The notes under the pieces: model-generated | Database searches by the model: none | What the model was told of the DNA's origin: nothing | The model's input: only the letters and a program-made list of their open reading frames with translations | Source: a virus | Virus record (IMG/VR): IMGVR_UViG_3300029258_003546 | Location: 16,000 to 79,999 of that record | Length of the DNA: 64,000 nt | Reading direction: 5' to 3' (one strand) | Translations under genes and position numbers: made by a program | Shown: positions 1 to 8,237 of the stretch, piece by piece | Layout: every line of letters starts with the position of its first letter | Numbering within the stretch: the first letter of the stretch is position 1

Positions 1-1
1 C

Positions 2-253
2 AAGTTTGCTAGCAGCGCCGGTAGATTCCGCAAGTACTTGGAGAGTGGAAAAGCGCCTGACGCGAAGAGCGCGCCTAAAGGCTACTGGTCGTGGTGGCAT
101 TACCAGCAGGGTAAGCTGCCACCGGCCCATTTGCTCACCAGAGCAAGTCGGTACGCGGTTAAAGTGTTCCTGGCCCATTATTGGGAAGTCGGTCGGGAAG
201 AGCTAACAGGAGAAGCCGTAGAGTCGTGTTATCATCATCTACGGCAGGATTAG
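2..253 (+). CDS. C-terminal end of an IS110/IS116-like (Nop-domain) phage protein; 5' truncated by the window edge
   Basis: Frame open from nt 2 (KFASSAGRFRKYLESG...). C-terminus GKLPPAHLLTRASRYAVKVFLAHYWEV resembles the GKLPPAH..RA.RY.VK.FL.H.W end of phage IS110-like proteins (recalled). Confidence 0.55.
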   Translation, partial: KFASSAGRFRKYLESGKAPDAKSAPKGYWSWWHYQQGKLPPAHLLTRASRYAVKVFLAHYWEVGREELTGEAVESCYHHLRQD

Positions 254-256
254 GAA

Positions 257-430
257 TCCTTACCAACACAGATATTGTGGCAATACAGTAACTACCAATT
301 CGTGCTGCAGCGTTTCTGGCTGACTCTTGATATGCGGCTCTATGTGCATCAAGATGCGGCTGGAAACGTAGAATGACGTATGAGTTGTGTATTTGCTAGT
401 ACCAATCTTGTCGGGTTGGTGCTGGAAGGG
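257..430 (+). ncRNA. Candidate structured RNA: rod-like hairpin with a central bubble
   Basis: Nested pairings: 261-267/415-421, 274-277/403-406, 278-287/388-398, 290-293/383-386, 310-322/357-369 (13 bp, 4 G-U), 325-335/344-354; apical loop 336-343. Confidence 0.6.
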
Positions 431-441
431 AGATCAGGTAG

Positions 442-831
442 ATGGCCAAGTCTACACGACGAAAAGTCGCAACAAAGCCCACAAGTTCGAAGGTCGCAAA
501 GGTTGGAGACGTTCAGGGCTTAAAAGAGCTGTTGGGCATACAGTCAAGCAACCTGCCGAACAACAGCCTGGAAGTTGGACAGTCGTATATGGTAAGGACT
601 GTGACTCATTATACGTTGGGGCGTTTATCTTCTATCACAGAGACGGACCTCAAGTTTAACGAGGCGTCATGGATACCGGAAACGGGACGCTGGTCAGAAG
701 TGCTGGAATCGGGGGCCGACAAGCTGGGAGAGGTCGAGCCTGTTCCAGATCCGGCAGGGGTCATCGTCAGCCGTGGCGCCATAGTGGATATTACACCGTG
801 GAATCATGCATTGCCGCGGAAGCAGAAATAG
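442..831 (+). CDS. Sm/LSm-like small beta-barrel phage protein (DUF6948-like)
   Basis: EVGQSYMVRTVTHYTLGRL...EASWIPETGRW..EVEP.P..VIVSRGAIVD matches a widespread phage family (recalled). Confidence 0.6.
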   Translation: MAKSTRRKVATKPTSSKVAKVGDVQGLKELLGIQSSNLPNNSLEVGQSYMVRTVTHYTLGRLSSITETDLKFNEASWIPETGRWSEVLESGADKLGEVEPVPDPAGVIVSRGAIVDITPWNHALPRKQK

Positions 832-840
832 TTAATCGGG

Positions 841-878
841 AGCAAGGCGGTCGTAGAAGCGTGGCGGCCGCCTTGTTC
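841..878 (+). terminator. Stem-loop after the Sm-like gene
   Basis: caaggcggtcg...cggccgccttg inverted repeat followed by ttcattt. Confidence 0.4.
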
Positions 879-951
879 ATTTCTACCGGGCCTGGTAAGT
901 GCCCTTGTAACCAGGCTTGTTCACAGTCAAAAGGGAGTGGAGGAGTGAGCG

Positions 952-1158
952 ATGGAAATCGTGCTCACGCCGGGATCCCGTTCGTCGTACGGGCCTTTCT
1001 GGTTCGACCTGCGCTCGAACGGCCGCCTGAAGACCAATGCGGCTGTACTAGAGCGCAACGACGAGGGTGGCAGGGTGCATGTGGTGTTCAAGCCACGCGC
1101 ACCAAGACGCCGTGTGCGGGGAAACTCTCATGTTGAGCAGGAACCCGTGGTTCAATAG
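952..1158 (+). CDS. Hypothetical protein
   Basis: ATG preceded by ggaggag. Confidence 0.55.
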   Translation: MEIVLTPGSRSSYGPFWFDLRSNGRLKTNAAVLERNDEGGRVHVVFKPRAPRRRVRGNSHVEQEPVVQ

Positions 1159-1468
1159 GAGAGGAGTGGTGCTCGACGATGGCGGGCGGTACACCGCCTG
1201 CTGCGAGCACTGCTCCAAGCAGCTGGTCGGCAAGCATTTCGGCAAGACGACCTTGGAGGCGTTTTGCCAGTTTGCTGCCCGAGTAGGCTGGAAGCTGTCG
1301 CGTATAGCGGCTGCTAGCGGGCCGCCGTACGAAAAGGCGGTCTGCCCAGCGTGTTCTAGAGGCCCAAGACGAGGAGAGAAGCATGAGATGGGTACGAGCA
1401 GTCGAAAAGATCGTGCTGGTGGTGGCTATTATAGCCATCGTGTGTACAGTCGTTTCGTACGCCGGTGA
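1067..1468 (+). CDS. Hypothetical Zn-ribbon protein (probable start GTG ~1167)
   Basis: CEHC...GWK...CPAC; SD aggagagga. Confidence 0.5.
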   Translation: MAGCMWCSSHAHQDAVCGETLMLSRNPWFNRRGVVLDDGGRYTACCEHCSKQLVGKHFGKTTLEAFCQFAARVGWKLSRIAAASGPPYEKAVCPACSRGPRRGEKHEMGTSSRKDRAGGGYYSHRVYSRFVRR

Positions 1469-1817
1469 TGTGTGCAGGTTGATAGGCCGTAAGGCCTGTC
1501 CCGGCGTAGTAGCCAACACGAGAGCGTTGCGCTACTATACAATGGAAGCCGCCAGGCTCGACCAGGCAGCCGAAAGCGGCACGGCTGTACACATGTCGTC
1601 GCTGGGTCGGTTGACGTACGCTATCGGCTCTGCGCGTTTCGAGCGGCAGCTGGTGAGCTGTGAGGGAGGCTGGACTGGCAGGGATTATCCTGCGGTCAGG
1701 CTGACCTATAGCACGTCTGGGGGTGGACGACTATCCAAGATCTACAAGGCTGACGTTGGCAGGGATTGGATGGTCAGCCTAGAAACAGACGAGGATGCCG
1801 AGCTCGCTAGTCAGTAG
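1383..1817 (+). CDS. Hypothetical membrane-anchored protein
   Basis: N-terminal hydrophobic helix IVLVVAIIAIVCTVV; SD gaggag. Confidence 0.6.
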   Translation: MRWVRAVEKIVLVVAIIAIVCTVVSYAGDVCRLIGRKACPGVVANTRALRYYTMEAARLDQAAESGTAVHMSSLGRLTYAIGSARFERQLVSCEGGWTGRDYPAVRLTYSTSGGGRLSKIYKADVGRDWMVSLETDEDAELASQ

Positions 1818-1828
1818 CGACTCATCAG

Positions 1829-1862
1829 GTGCCGGCGTCCTGCGTATTCAGGACGCCGGCAC
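1829..1862. terminator. Perfect 14-bp hairpin (terminator or processing signal)
   Basis: gtgccggcgtcctg-cgtatt-caggacgccggcac. Confidence 0.55.
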
Positions 1863-1868
1863 TATATT

Positions 1869-2156
1869 ATGGAGATTGATTTGATTATACCCGGTGAAAT
1901 GTGGCATAGTAGCCTGTCTGGTTGTACATGCAGCCACGGCTGTGTCACTAGATCCAATACTCTATGTTCATCGTTTTATCCTGACTTGTCAGCAAGTACT
2001 CATTTGTCGACAAGTCGCTGCCATATGATTGCTTACACCAACTCAGTAGTAGGTGCAGGATTTTATCCGCTCTCGCATAAACAAGCAAGGTCGTACGTAT
2101 CACTGGCAGAGGAAGATTCTGTTTCAGGTTCACACGCATCATCCTGGTCAAGATGA
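1869..2156 (+). CDS. Small Ser/Arg/Cys-rich family protein
   Basis: Ser-rich with SxS motifs; ends SGSHASSWSR. Confidence 0.5.
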   Translation: MEIDLIIPGEMWHSSLSGCTCSHGCVTRSNTLCSSFYPDLSASTHLSTSRCHMIAYTNSVVGAGFYPLSHKQARSYVSLAEEDSVSGSHASSWSR

Positions 2157-2168
2157 AGGAGGTAGATA

Positions 2169-3731
2169 ATGGCGGAACGCGGCGACATGCTGCCGTATTT
2201 CAATGCCGGAGCGCCGGCGTTGGCTGTGCAAACGATGGAAGAGGCGCCCCTTATTATGTGGCTGTTAGCCAATACGAACTATGAAACGTATTGGCGTAAG
2301 TCTGCGATGCCTGGCATTGAAATTCTGGCGGAACGCGCAGGAACAGCCAGCAGGAAATCCAAGCTAGGCCAGCACAAGATGCTGGATGCTAAGGCGGACG
2401 TGGTTACCACTCTGCAGAAGCTTCGAGGCCAGCGGCGGACTGCGCTTATCCTTGAAGATTTTGCTGATATGGCAACGATGGCGTTGCCGCGACGTGCATT
2501 GATGGACGGACTGTACGAGTACTCGTCCACGGGAAGCGTTGTTATTATGGTGGCCCCGCGCTGGAGGCTGCCTGCCGAGTTGCAGCATCTTATTCCCGTA
2601 ATAGACTGGTTACTACCAAAGCGGGATGAAATGGAAGGGATTCTTGACAAGGTAGAGATGTATCTATCTGCTGCCAAGGATAAGAAAGCCAAGACCAAAA
2701 CAAGCTTCAGTGTTCCTGAAGAGCGAAGACCTAATATCATCGACAGCATGATGGGTCTCGGCACTATGGAAGCTGAAAACAGTTTGTGCATGGCTGCGCG
2801 TATGACTGATCTTCAGACTATACACCCAGAGGATGTATTCAAGCTGAAAGCCAAAAGGCTGAAAGAGCAGGGCTTGTTGGATTATCAACCTCCAGTTTCG
2901 GTGAATAATATGGGCGGTTTGGGTAATCTTAAGGAGTACTTCAAAACAGAGGTTATTCCGCGTAAGCGCCACGCTAAATTGCGAGTACGCGGTCTTCTCT
3001 TGGTGGGTGTTCCTGGTACAGGTAAGTCTCTAGCTGCCAAGGTGGCAGGTTCCATATTGGAACGTCCTGTTTTTCATATGCAGATCGGCAGGCTGAAAGG
3101 TTCGTACGTGGGCCAGTCAGAGGCCAATATGGCTCGGGCGCTAGAAGTCGCTAACGCCATGCCGTGTGTGTTGTGGATGGATGAGATAGAGAAAGCTCTA
3201 GGAGGTGTTGCGTCCTCCAACATGACGGATGGCGGTACGCTGGACGCTATGTTCGGCATGTTGCTGACTTGGTTATCGGATCATAACGAGAACGCAATGG
3301 TTGTGGCAACATGCAATAACTTCTCCAAGCTGGAAATCGAGCTAACGCGTAAGGGCCGATTCGACGAGATATTCTTCGTCGACCTGCCCACGCTTATCGA
3401 GCGTGAGGAAATAGCAGCTGTGCACCTGGCCAGACTAGACTGTCCTGTCGAGCTGGCGCAGCAGATATCTGAGCTGACAGAAACGTTTACCGGTGCAGAG
3501 ATAGAGCATCTAGTAAAATCCCTGGCTACGGCCCAGCTACGCGGCGAGGAAGTAAAGCCTGGGACTAAGAAGACGGACAAGCTCCTCTTGGGGCTGAAAG
3601 ACGCGTGCAGGCCTTTGGCCGAAACGCGCGCGGAAGAGATTGGTCAGCTTCGTGCGTGGGCTAGTCGCACAGCGCAACCAGCCAATACGCCCGAAGCTCA
3701 CGTACAGTTGGAAAGGGAGTTGCTGGAATGA
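2169..3731 (+). CDS. AAA+ ATPase, Ycf46-like
   Basis: Walker A GVPGTGKS, Walker B LWMDEIEK, RKGRFDEIFFVDLP; SD aggagg. Confidence 0.9.
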   Translation: MAERGDMLPYFNAGAPALAVQTMEEAPLIMWLLANTNYETYWRKSAMPGIEILAERAGTASRKSKLGQHKMLDAKADVVTTLQKLRGQRRTALILEDFADMATMALPRRALMDGLYEYSSTGSVVIMVAPRWRLPAELQHLIPVIDWLLPKRDEMEGILDKVEMYLSAAKDKKAKTKTSFSVPEERRPNIIDSMMGLGTMEAENSLCMAARMTDLQTIHPEDVFKLKAKRLKEQGLLDYQPPVSVNNMGGLGNLKEYFKTEVIPRKRHAKLRVRGLLLVGVPGTGKSLAAKVAGSILERPVFHMQIGRLKGSYVGQSEANMARALEVANAMPCVLWMDEIEKALGGVASSNMTDGGTLDAMFGMLLTWLSDHNENAMVVATCNNFSKLEIELTRKGRFDEIFFVDLPTLIEREEIAAVHLARLDCPVELAQQISELTETFTGAEIEHLVKSLATAQLRGEEVKPGTKKTDKLLLGLKDACRPLAETRAEEIGQLRAWASRTAQPANTPEAHVQLERELLE

Positions 3732-4246
3732 GCCAGACGACCAAGGTGAAAGTCAATTTCAGGGACCTTGACATGCTGAAGGTTGCCGCAGAAGAACTGG
3801 ACGGCGAGTGTGTTGTCAGAGGCGATCAAGCGGCAGTGAGACTGCCTGGCTGGCATATGGATGCTGTATTGGGAATCAAGGACGGCGTCCTGACAGGAGA
3901 TATGCTCTATGATCGTGATGCCAGCTATTCGGGCATCACGCAGACGCATATGGACAAGCTGGCGATTGAATACGCAATGGCAGCGGCTAACGCCGAGGCG
4001 GTTGCGCATGGATGGCATTTCAACCGCCAAGGCGAAAAGGCCACGATCTCCACGCCGAAGGGGCGTATGGAGATCACGGCGGACGCAAAGGGGAGTATAC
4101 AGGTGGACGGACAGGGCTATTCCGGCACCGCCTGCGCCGGTGAAATAGGCGAGATCGTGGGACAGGTGGGTACTCAGGAGCAAACGCAGTACAAGCAAGA
4201 GTATCATCAGTCCCATACTCGTGTGCGGCAGAGAGAGCAGGGCTAG
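3728..4246 (+). CDS. DUF1257 (Ycf35)-DUF2997-like fusion protein
   Basis: N-part MSQTTKVKVNFRDLDMLKVAAEEL..RLPGW; C-part ITADAKGSIQVDGQGYSGTAC...KQEYH; ATGA overlap with the AAA gene. Confidence 0.6.
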   Translation: MSQTTKVKVNFRDLDMLKVAAEELDGECVVRGDQAAVRLPGWHMDAVLGIKDGVLTGDMLYDRDASYSGITQTHMDKLAIEYAMAAANAEAVAHGWHFNRQGEKATISTPKGRMEITADAKGSIQVDGQGYSGTACAGEIGEIVGQVGTQEQTQYKQEYHQSHTRVRQREQG

Positions 4247-4251
4247 CATTC

Positions 4252-4265
4252 TGCTAGTCCTAGCA
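4252..4265. promoter_or_regulatory. Palindromic motif TGCTAG-TC-CTAGCA, copy 1
   Basis: Seen directly; 8 copies in the window. Confidence 0.6.
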
Positions 4266-4269
4266 TTTT

Positions 4270-4308
4270 GGGGCGGGTTGGTTGATGCCAGCCCGCCCCG
4301 TTTCTTTT
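4270..4308 (+). terminator. Rho-independent terminator
   Basis: ggggcgggttgg-ttgatg-ccagcccgcccc followed by gtttctttt. Confidence 0.7.
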
Positions 4309-4323
4309 GAAGGAGGAGTGACA

Positions 4324-4548
4324 ATGCCTCATAGGCGATGCGCGACCTGCAACGTGCTGTGCAACGTGCTGTGCAACGGTAAGTGCGCAGTGATGGCCGT
4401 GCCGTGCTTCCCGCGCAAAGCGCGCAAAGGAAGCAAGGACATCAGAGTCATGCCTACGGCGCTGTCGGTAGGCATGGGCTTTATCGGAGGAATTCACGAG
4501 TCTCCTGAGTTCATCACTCAGGACTCGCTGGAGTCCTTTCAACAGTAG
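4324..4548 (+). CDS. Hypothetical Cys-rich protein
   Basis: SD aggagg; 12-bp tandem repeat encodes CNVL x2. Confidence 0.45.
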   Translation: MPHRRCATCNVLCNVLCNGKCAVMAVPCFPRKARKGSKDIRVMPTALSVGMGFIGGIHESPEFITQDSLESFQQ

Positions 4549-4610
4549 TTGCCAGCGAAACGGCAGGCCTGCCACATTGGCAGGTCTGCCATTTGCACAG
4601 GAGGAGCAAC

Positions 4611-5270
4611 ATGACGACCACGTACCGTGTGTATGTGCCCGAGGCGAAAGAGCTGTTTCCAACGTGGATAGACGAACAAGGCGGCATTTTGGTATGGAAC
4701 AATTGCGACATGTCGGACCCTGGGCGTGAGAACGCTTTTACGCCGGCGCTGGACGAGGACGGAAACGACAATGCAGCAAATCCTCCACGGTGGAATTACA
4801 AGTTGGGAGAGCGTGTTGACAGCCTGGCGCGTTTTCAGATATGCACGCGCAAGCTTATAGTAGCGATATTGGATGTAGAGTTGTTGCGTCAGGGCTCGTC
4901 CAGACCTAGACTGGTATTGTCGAAAGAATCAGAATGTCGCATATACTCGGCTCGCAACATCGTTGCCGAGATCTATGGAACGGATGAAGTAAAGTGGTCG
5001 TCTGGTGATATCATATATCCTGCAGTTACATTATACGTTTTCGAATTCGAGGACAAGCCTTTGCGTGCCGTGTGGACGTCAGGGTCTGTCAAACGTATCA
5101 CAGATTACGCACTCGATGAATGTTGTGAGGCGGAATCGCTGGTACTAGAAAAAGACGGCAGATTCGTAATACAGCTGTTCGATCTAAAACCTGAGCAGCT
5201 TGGCGACATCACTGCTACGTTGAAGGAACGGCTGCTAGGGTGCGATTTCACAATGGAGAGCATGGAATGA
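4611..5270 (+). CDS. Hypothetical protein
   Basis: ~220 aa ORF; SD aggagg. Confidence 0.7.
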   Translation: MTTTYRVYVPEAKELFPTWIDEQGGILVWNNCDMSDPGRENAFTPALDEDGNDNAANPPRWNYKLGERVDSLARFQICTRKLIVAILDVELLRQGSSRPRLVLSKESECRIYSARNIVAEIYGTDEVKWSSGDIIYPAVTLYVFEFEDKPLRAVWTSGSVKRITDYALDECCEAESLVLEKDGRFVIQLFDLKPEQLGDITATLKERLLGCDFTMESME

Positions 5271-5584
5271 GAAATGAGTACACGATTGAGTCTATGCAGG
5301 AGCGTCTGGCGGATGGTCCAACGGAAGCCGACATGTTGAGGCAGGCTTACGCTGCGCAGGATGCGTGTAATTTATCAGGAGTAGTGCATACATTTTCGTC
5401 GCTTGTGACGCAGCTGTGGAAAATAGCTAGAGCACGAGGTAAAGGCACAGACTGGGTAAACCGCCATCCCGTATGCATTATTTTAGCTGACAAGCTGAGA
5501 GATTTGTCTCGCAGCACGTCGGATCGAGTGTTCTCTGTATTTGAGCAGGCGAGAATCTTGAAAGAGCGGAAATGCAGTACCTGA
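5267..5584 (+). CDS. Hypothetical phage protein
   Basis: AQDACNLSGVVH...TDWVNRHPV motif; ATGA overlap. Confidence 0.65.
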   Translation: MRNEYTIESMQERLADGPTEADMLRQAYAAQDACNLSGVVHTFSSLVTQLWKIARARGKGTDWVNRHPVCIILADKLRDLSRSTSDRVFSVFEQARILKERKCST

Positions 5585-5817
5585 ATCTGTCGTTGGATAC
5601 GGTTGTTGGATCAAGTACTTGCGGACGTGCGTACTCTACGTCGACAATGTACCGCTCAGGTGTAGATTTCCGGGGCTTACTACCGTTGCCGGCTTCTAAT
5701 TCGTACAGCTTACATCTCAGATCAGTCGTGTACATGGGTGCCAGTCGATATGGAAATGTGGTAATTCATAGACATACTTTTGGTTCCAAAACCGATCATG
5801 CTAGACGTAGCAAGTGA
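5572..5817 (+). CDS. Small Ser/Arg-rich family protein
   Basis: Composition; tiles between its neighbours. Confidence 0.5.
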   Translation: MQYLNLSLDTVVGSSTCGRAYSTSTMYRSGVDFRGLLPLPASNSYSLHLRSVVYMGASRYGNVVIHRHTFGSKTDHARRSK

Positions 5818-6077
5818 AAGACGAGGAGTATGAAAATATGGATAATCACGCTATTGAGTTCAAGGTTGGTAGCGGTGATTGGGAATTTTGGGCGTGGTTC
5901 GACGGCGCGCGTCGCGAAGCTTGCGTAGCCGCTGCCCGACTGCACGAATCGTTACGTGTGGATGAAGGTCATACCCGCGTATCGGTACGCGTAAACGGTC
6001 GAAGACTGACATGCACAACAATCAATGATTGTCTGAAAGGAGATGCACATGAAGGACATGAAGGATCCCGCAGCTGA
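5814..6077 (+). CDS. Hypothetical protein
   Basis: Coupled ORF. Confidence 0.55.
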   Translation: MKDEEYENMDNHAIEFKVGSGDWEFWAWFDGARREACVAAARLHESLRVDEGHTRVSVRVNGRRLTCTTINDCLKGDAHEGHEGSRS

Positions 6078-6771
6078 ATTCGGTACCTTGCTAAAGCAGT
6101 GTGTGACGCCGGACGGTCTAGGATCTATAGTGCTGGCTGTAGATACTACGAGCGTGAAGCCTGACAGGCAGATATTAAAGGTGTCTGCTCTGTGGCTTGC
6201 CAGGCACTCGGCCACAGAGGCTAGATTTACAGTTGACGAGTTGCCGGAAGCTGTAACTACGTATACAGGAATTGCAAAGGAGCATTTGCCTGAACAGTCA
6301 GAAACTGACGAGGCCAAGAGCATTGTATATCAGCTGGTTACTGCGGAAAGAATCATAGGCCATGCGCTTGTTTTTACGCTTCAATCACTGGCAAGTATAG
6401 AAGGTGTCTGCGACGATTTTCCGGCATTCATGGAAGGCATCAAAGCCCTCACGGATAAAAAGGCTGCGATAGCAGATCTGACACACGGATTTCCCAAGCT
6501 AGTTGATATCGGCATGCTGGCTAAGCTTGCTACATGCACAGATGATCGGTTCAAAGCGTACGGAGACGCGCTTGATAGCTGGACTACGGTGCAGGCTCTT
6601 AATCGGAAAAGTGGCGGAGGCGCCAAGTGGAACTTCGAGATCTGCTGCGAGATGGCTGGTCTGGCTACTCCTGTACGCCCGTACGACTGCTCGACAAAGG
6701 TGAAACTGATTTCTGACATCATAGCGCGCACAGGTTTGGGCAAGCCCAGCCTCAATCTTGTAGGAAGATAA
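6043..6771 (+). CDS. Degenerate DnaQ/DEDD exonuclease-like protein
   Basis: LAVDTTS (cf. DxETTG), YTGI, IIGHALVFT (cf. GHNxxFD); catalytic acids appear lost. Confidence 0.4.
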   Translation: MHMKDMKDPAAEFGTLLKQCVTPDGLGSIVLAVDTTSVKPDRQILKVSALWLARHSATEARFTVDELPEAVTTYTGIAKEHLPEQSETDEAKSIVYQLVTAERIIGHALVFTLQSLASIEGVCDDFPAFMEGIKALTDKKAAIADLTHGFPKLVDIGMLAKLATCTDDRFKAYGDALDSWTTVQALNRKSGGGAKWNFEICCEMAGLATPVRPYDCSTKVKLISDIIARTGLGKPSLNLVGR

Positions 6772-6772
6772 A

Positions 6773-7051
6773 ATGCAGATGCTGCCTTCTATTTCGGTGC
6801 TAAGCGTTTGCAGGCGCGTTATCCCTATGTACTACGTGTCAACGTGTCAAGTTGGCGACACGAACGTTCGTGTCGTAGGCTCTAGATGCAGTAGACGCAT
6901 TAGCGGCAGTCACGGCGTAGTTATGACTGGTAACTATAACAAGCGGGTTAGATCCTGTGCAGGCTGGCTGGGTCGGCACTGGTACAACAGTGAAAGAGTA
7001 GAGCGCAGGTATCTAGTAAGTGCTGGGTCCACACAACGCCGAGGTCGATGA
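6773..7051 (+). CDS. Small Ser/Arg/Cys-rich family protein
   Basis: Composition; tandem cluster 6773-8237. Confidence 0.55.
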   Translation: MQMLPSISVLSVCRRVIPMYYVSTCQVGDTNVRVVGSRCSRRISGSHGVVMTGNYNKRVRSCAGWLGRHWYNSERVERRYLVSAGSTQRRGR

Positions 7052-7052
7052 T

Positions 7053-7379
7053 ATGAATTCGGTTATGAAAAGGGCAGGTTTGGAAGTAGTTGTTATATCT
7101 AAAAATTCTGCATACGACAGTGTGTCGTTGAGCCAGGCAGGTAGGTACATGCTGCGTACCGGATATTCAGTGTCGTCGTACCTTATCGACGCTAGTCCTG
7201 AGTCCAGACTAATAAACGACTGCCAGTCGATTGATACCAAACAGACGCGCCGTCCTCGTATATGGCGTAATTATAGTGGACTAGGCCGTTGCACAACCAG
7301 AAGCCTGGACGGGCGTACGGTGTCTGTATATTTCTCGCGCGCGCGGAGTTGGATAGCGACAAGGATTCGGATGCATTGA
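7053..7379 (+). CDS. Small Ser/Arg-rich family protein
   Basis: MNSVMKRAGLE leader; SD gaggt. Confidence 0.6.
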   Translation: MNSVMKRAGLEVVVISKNSAYDSVSLSQAGRYMLRTGYSVSSYLIDASPESRLINDCQSIDTKQTRRPRIWRNYSGLGRCTTRSLDGRTVSVYFSRARSWIATRIRMH

Positions 7380-7684
7380 ATGCGGCGATTGGTAGAACAG
7401 GTCTAGAGGCGTCTGTAGGAGCTAAGAAGATTATACATGCAGCCAAGTCGTTATGTTGTTGTGGAAAGTTCAAGACGCCTTGTGCTACCTCAGCTTCGGC
7501 TTATATAGGTCGACGAGAGACTCTGTTCAGCGCATACAGAAGGTTAATAGCTGTTCATTCAGTAGATGACAATTACCGCTGTCGTCCGGCGCTGAGATAC
7601 CGGAAACGTCAGGACTGTAGTGTATGTAGAGGCGCTATGCGTTTAGGCTTAGGTATTACGCGCTTTTCATTGATACAACACTAG
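7376..7684 (+). CDS. Small Ser/Arg/Cys-rich family protein
   Basis: (M)NAAIGRTGLE leader; TTGA overlap. Confidence 0.6.
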   Translation: MNAAIGRTGLEASVGAKKIIHAAKSLCCCGKFKTPCATSASAYIGRRETLFSAYRRLIAVHSVDDNYRCRPALRYRKRQDCSVCRGAMRLGLGITRFSLIQH

Positions 7685-7719
7685 TAATTGGGCACATCAG
7701 AGTGCGATGCTGAAGGAGA

Positions 7720-8004
7720 ATGCAGATGCTGGCAGCTGCGCTACGAGGAGGAATGGAAGCAGCGTATGTGACCTGGATGTCGGAATATAAAACAAAATCG
7801 AGTTCTATAGGGAGTAACCTATACGTTGTGTCGTCTAGCTGCAAGTCTCGTCACAATCATCTAGTCATTTCGTGCACGAAACGTAGTAATAACAGAGTGT
7901 ATTCGACCGTTCGCACTGATTGGGAACGACCTAAGCCGGGTTGTGCCTGGACAGCGTCGGTAGCTAACTGGAGACGTTTTTCTCAGACGAGGTACTACGC
8001 ATGA
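7720..8004 (+). CDS. Small Ser/Arg-rich family protein
   Basis: MLAAALRGGME leader; SD aaggag. Confidence 0.6.
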   Translation: MQMLAAALRGGMEAAYVTWMSEYKTKSSSIGSNLYVVSSSCKSRHNHLVISCTKRSNNRVYSTVRTDWERPKPGCAWTASVANWRRFSQTRYYA

Positions 8005-8237
8005 TAGCGACGCTGGTAGCTTTTCGCTGTGAGCCTGCTACCGGGCCGCAGTGTGTCTGCAGAAACGGGACGAGAACCATAGCATGCAGCTGGGCTTGTA
8101 CTGGGGAGCAAAAAGCGTTAGCGATTTCTTATAGAGGATCTATTACTGGTCGATTTGCTGATTATAAAGCGCCTACAGTTTCCAAATGCGCTAGACGGCG
8201 TAGTTCAAACAGCCGCATTAACGTGTCTTCACGCTAG
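8001..8237 (+). CDS. Small Ser/Arg/Cys-rich family protein
   Basis: ATGA overlap; SD gaggt. Confidence 0.55.
   Translation: MIATLVAFRCEPATGPQCVCRNGTRTIACSWACTGEQKALAISYRGSITGRFADYKAPTVSKCARRRSSNSRINVSSR

Noticed and set aside
254-430. TIGR array
   Set aside because: Only three irregular TACCAA copies; a single long hairpin explains the region better.
4347-4379. 12-bp tandem repeat tgcaacgtgctg
   Set aside because: An in-frame micro-duplication with no further structure.
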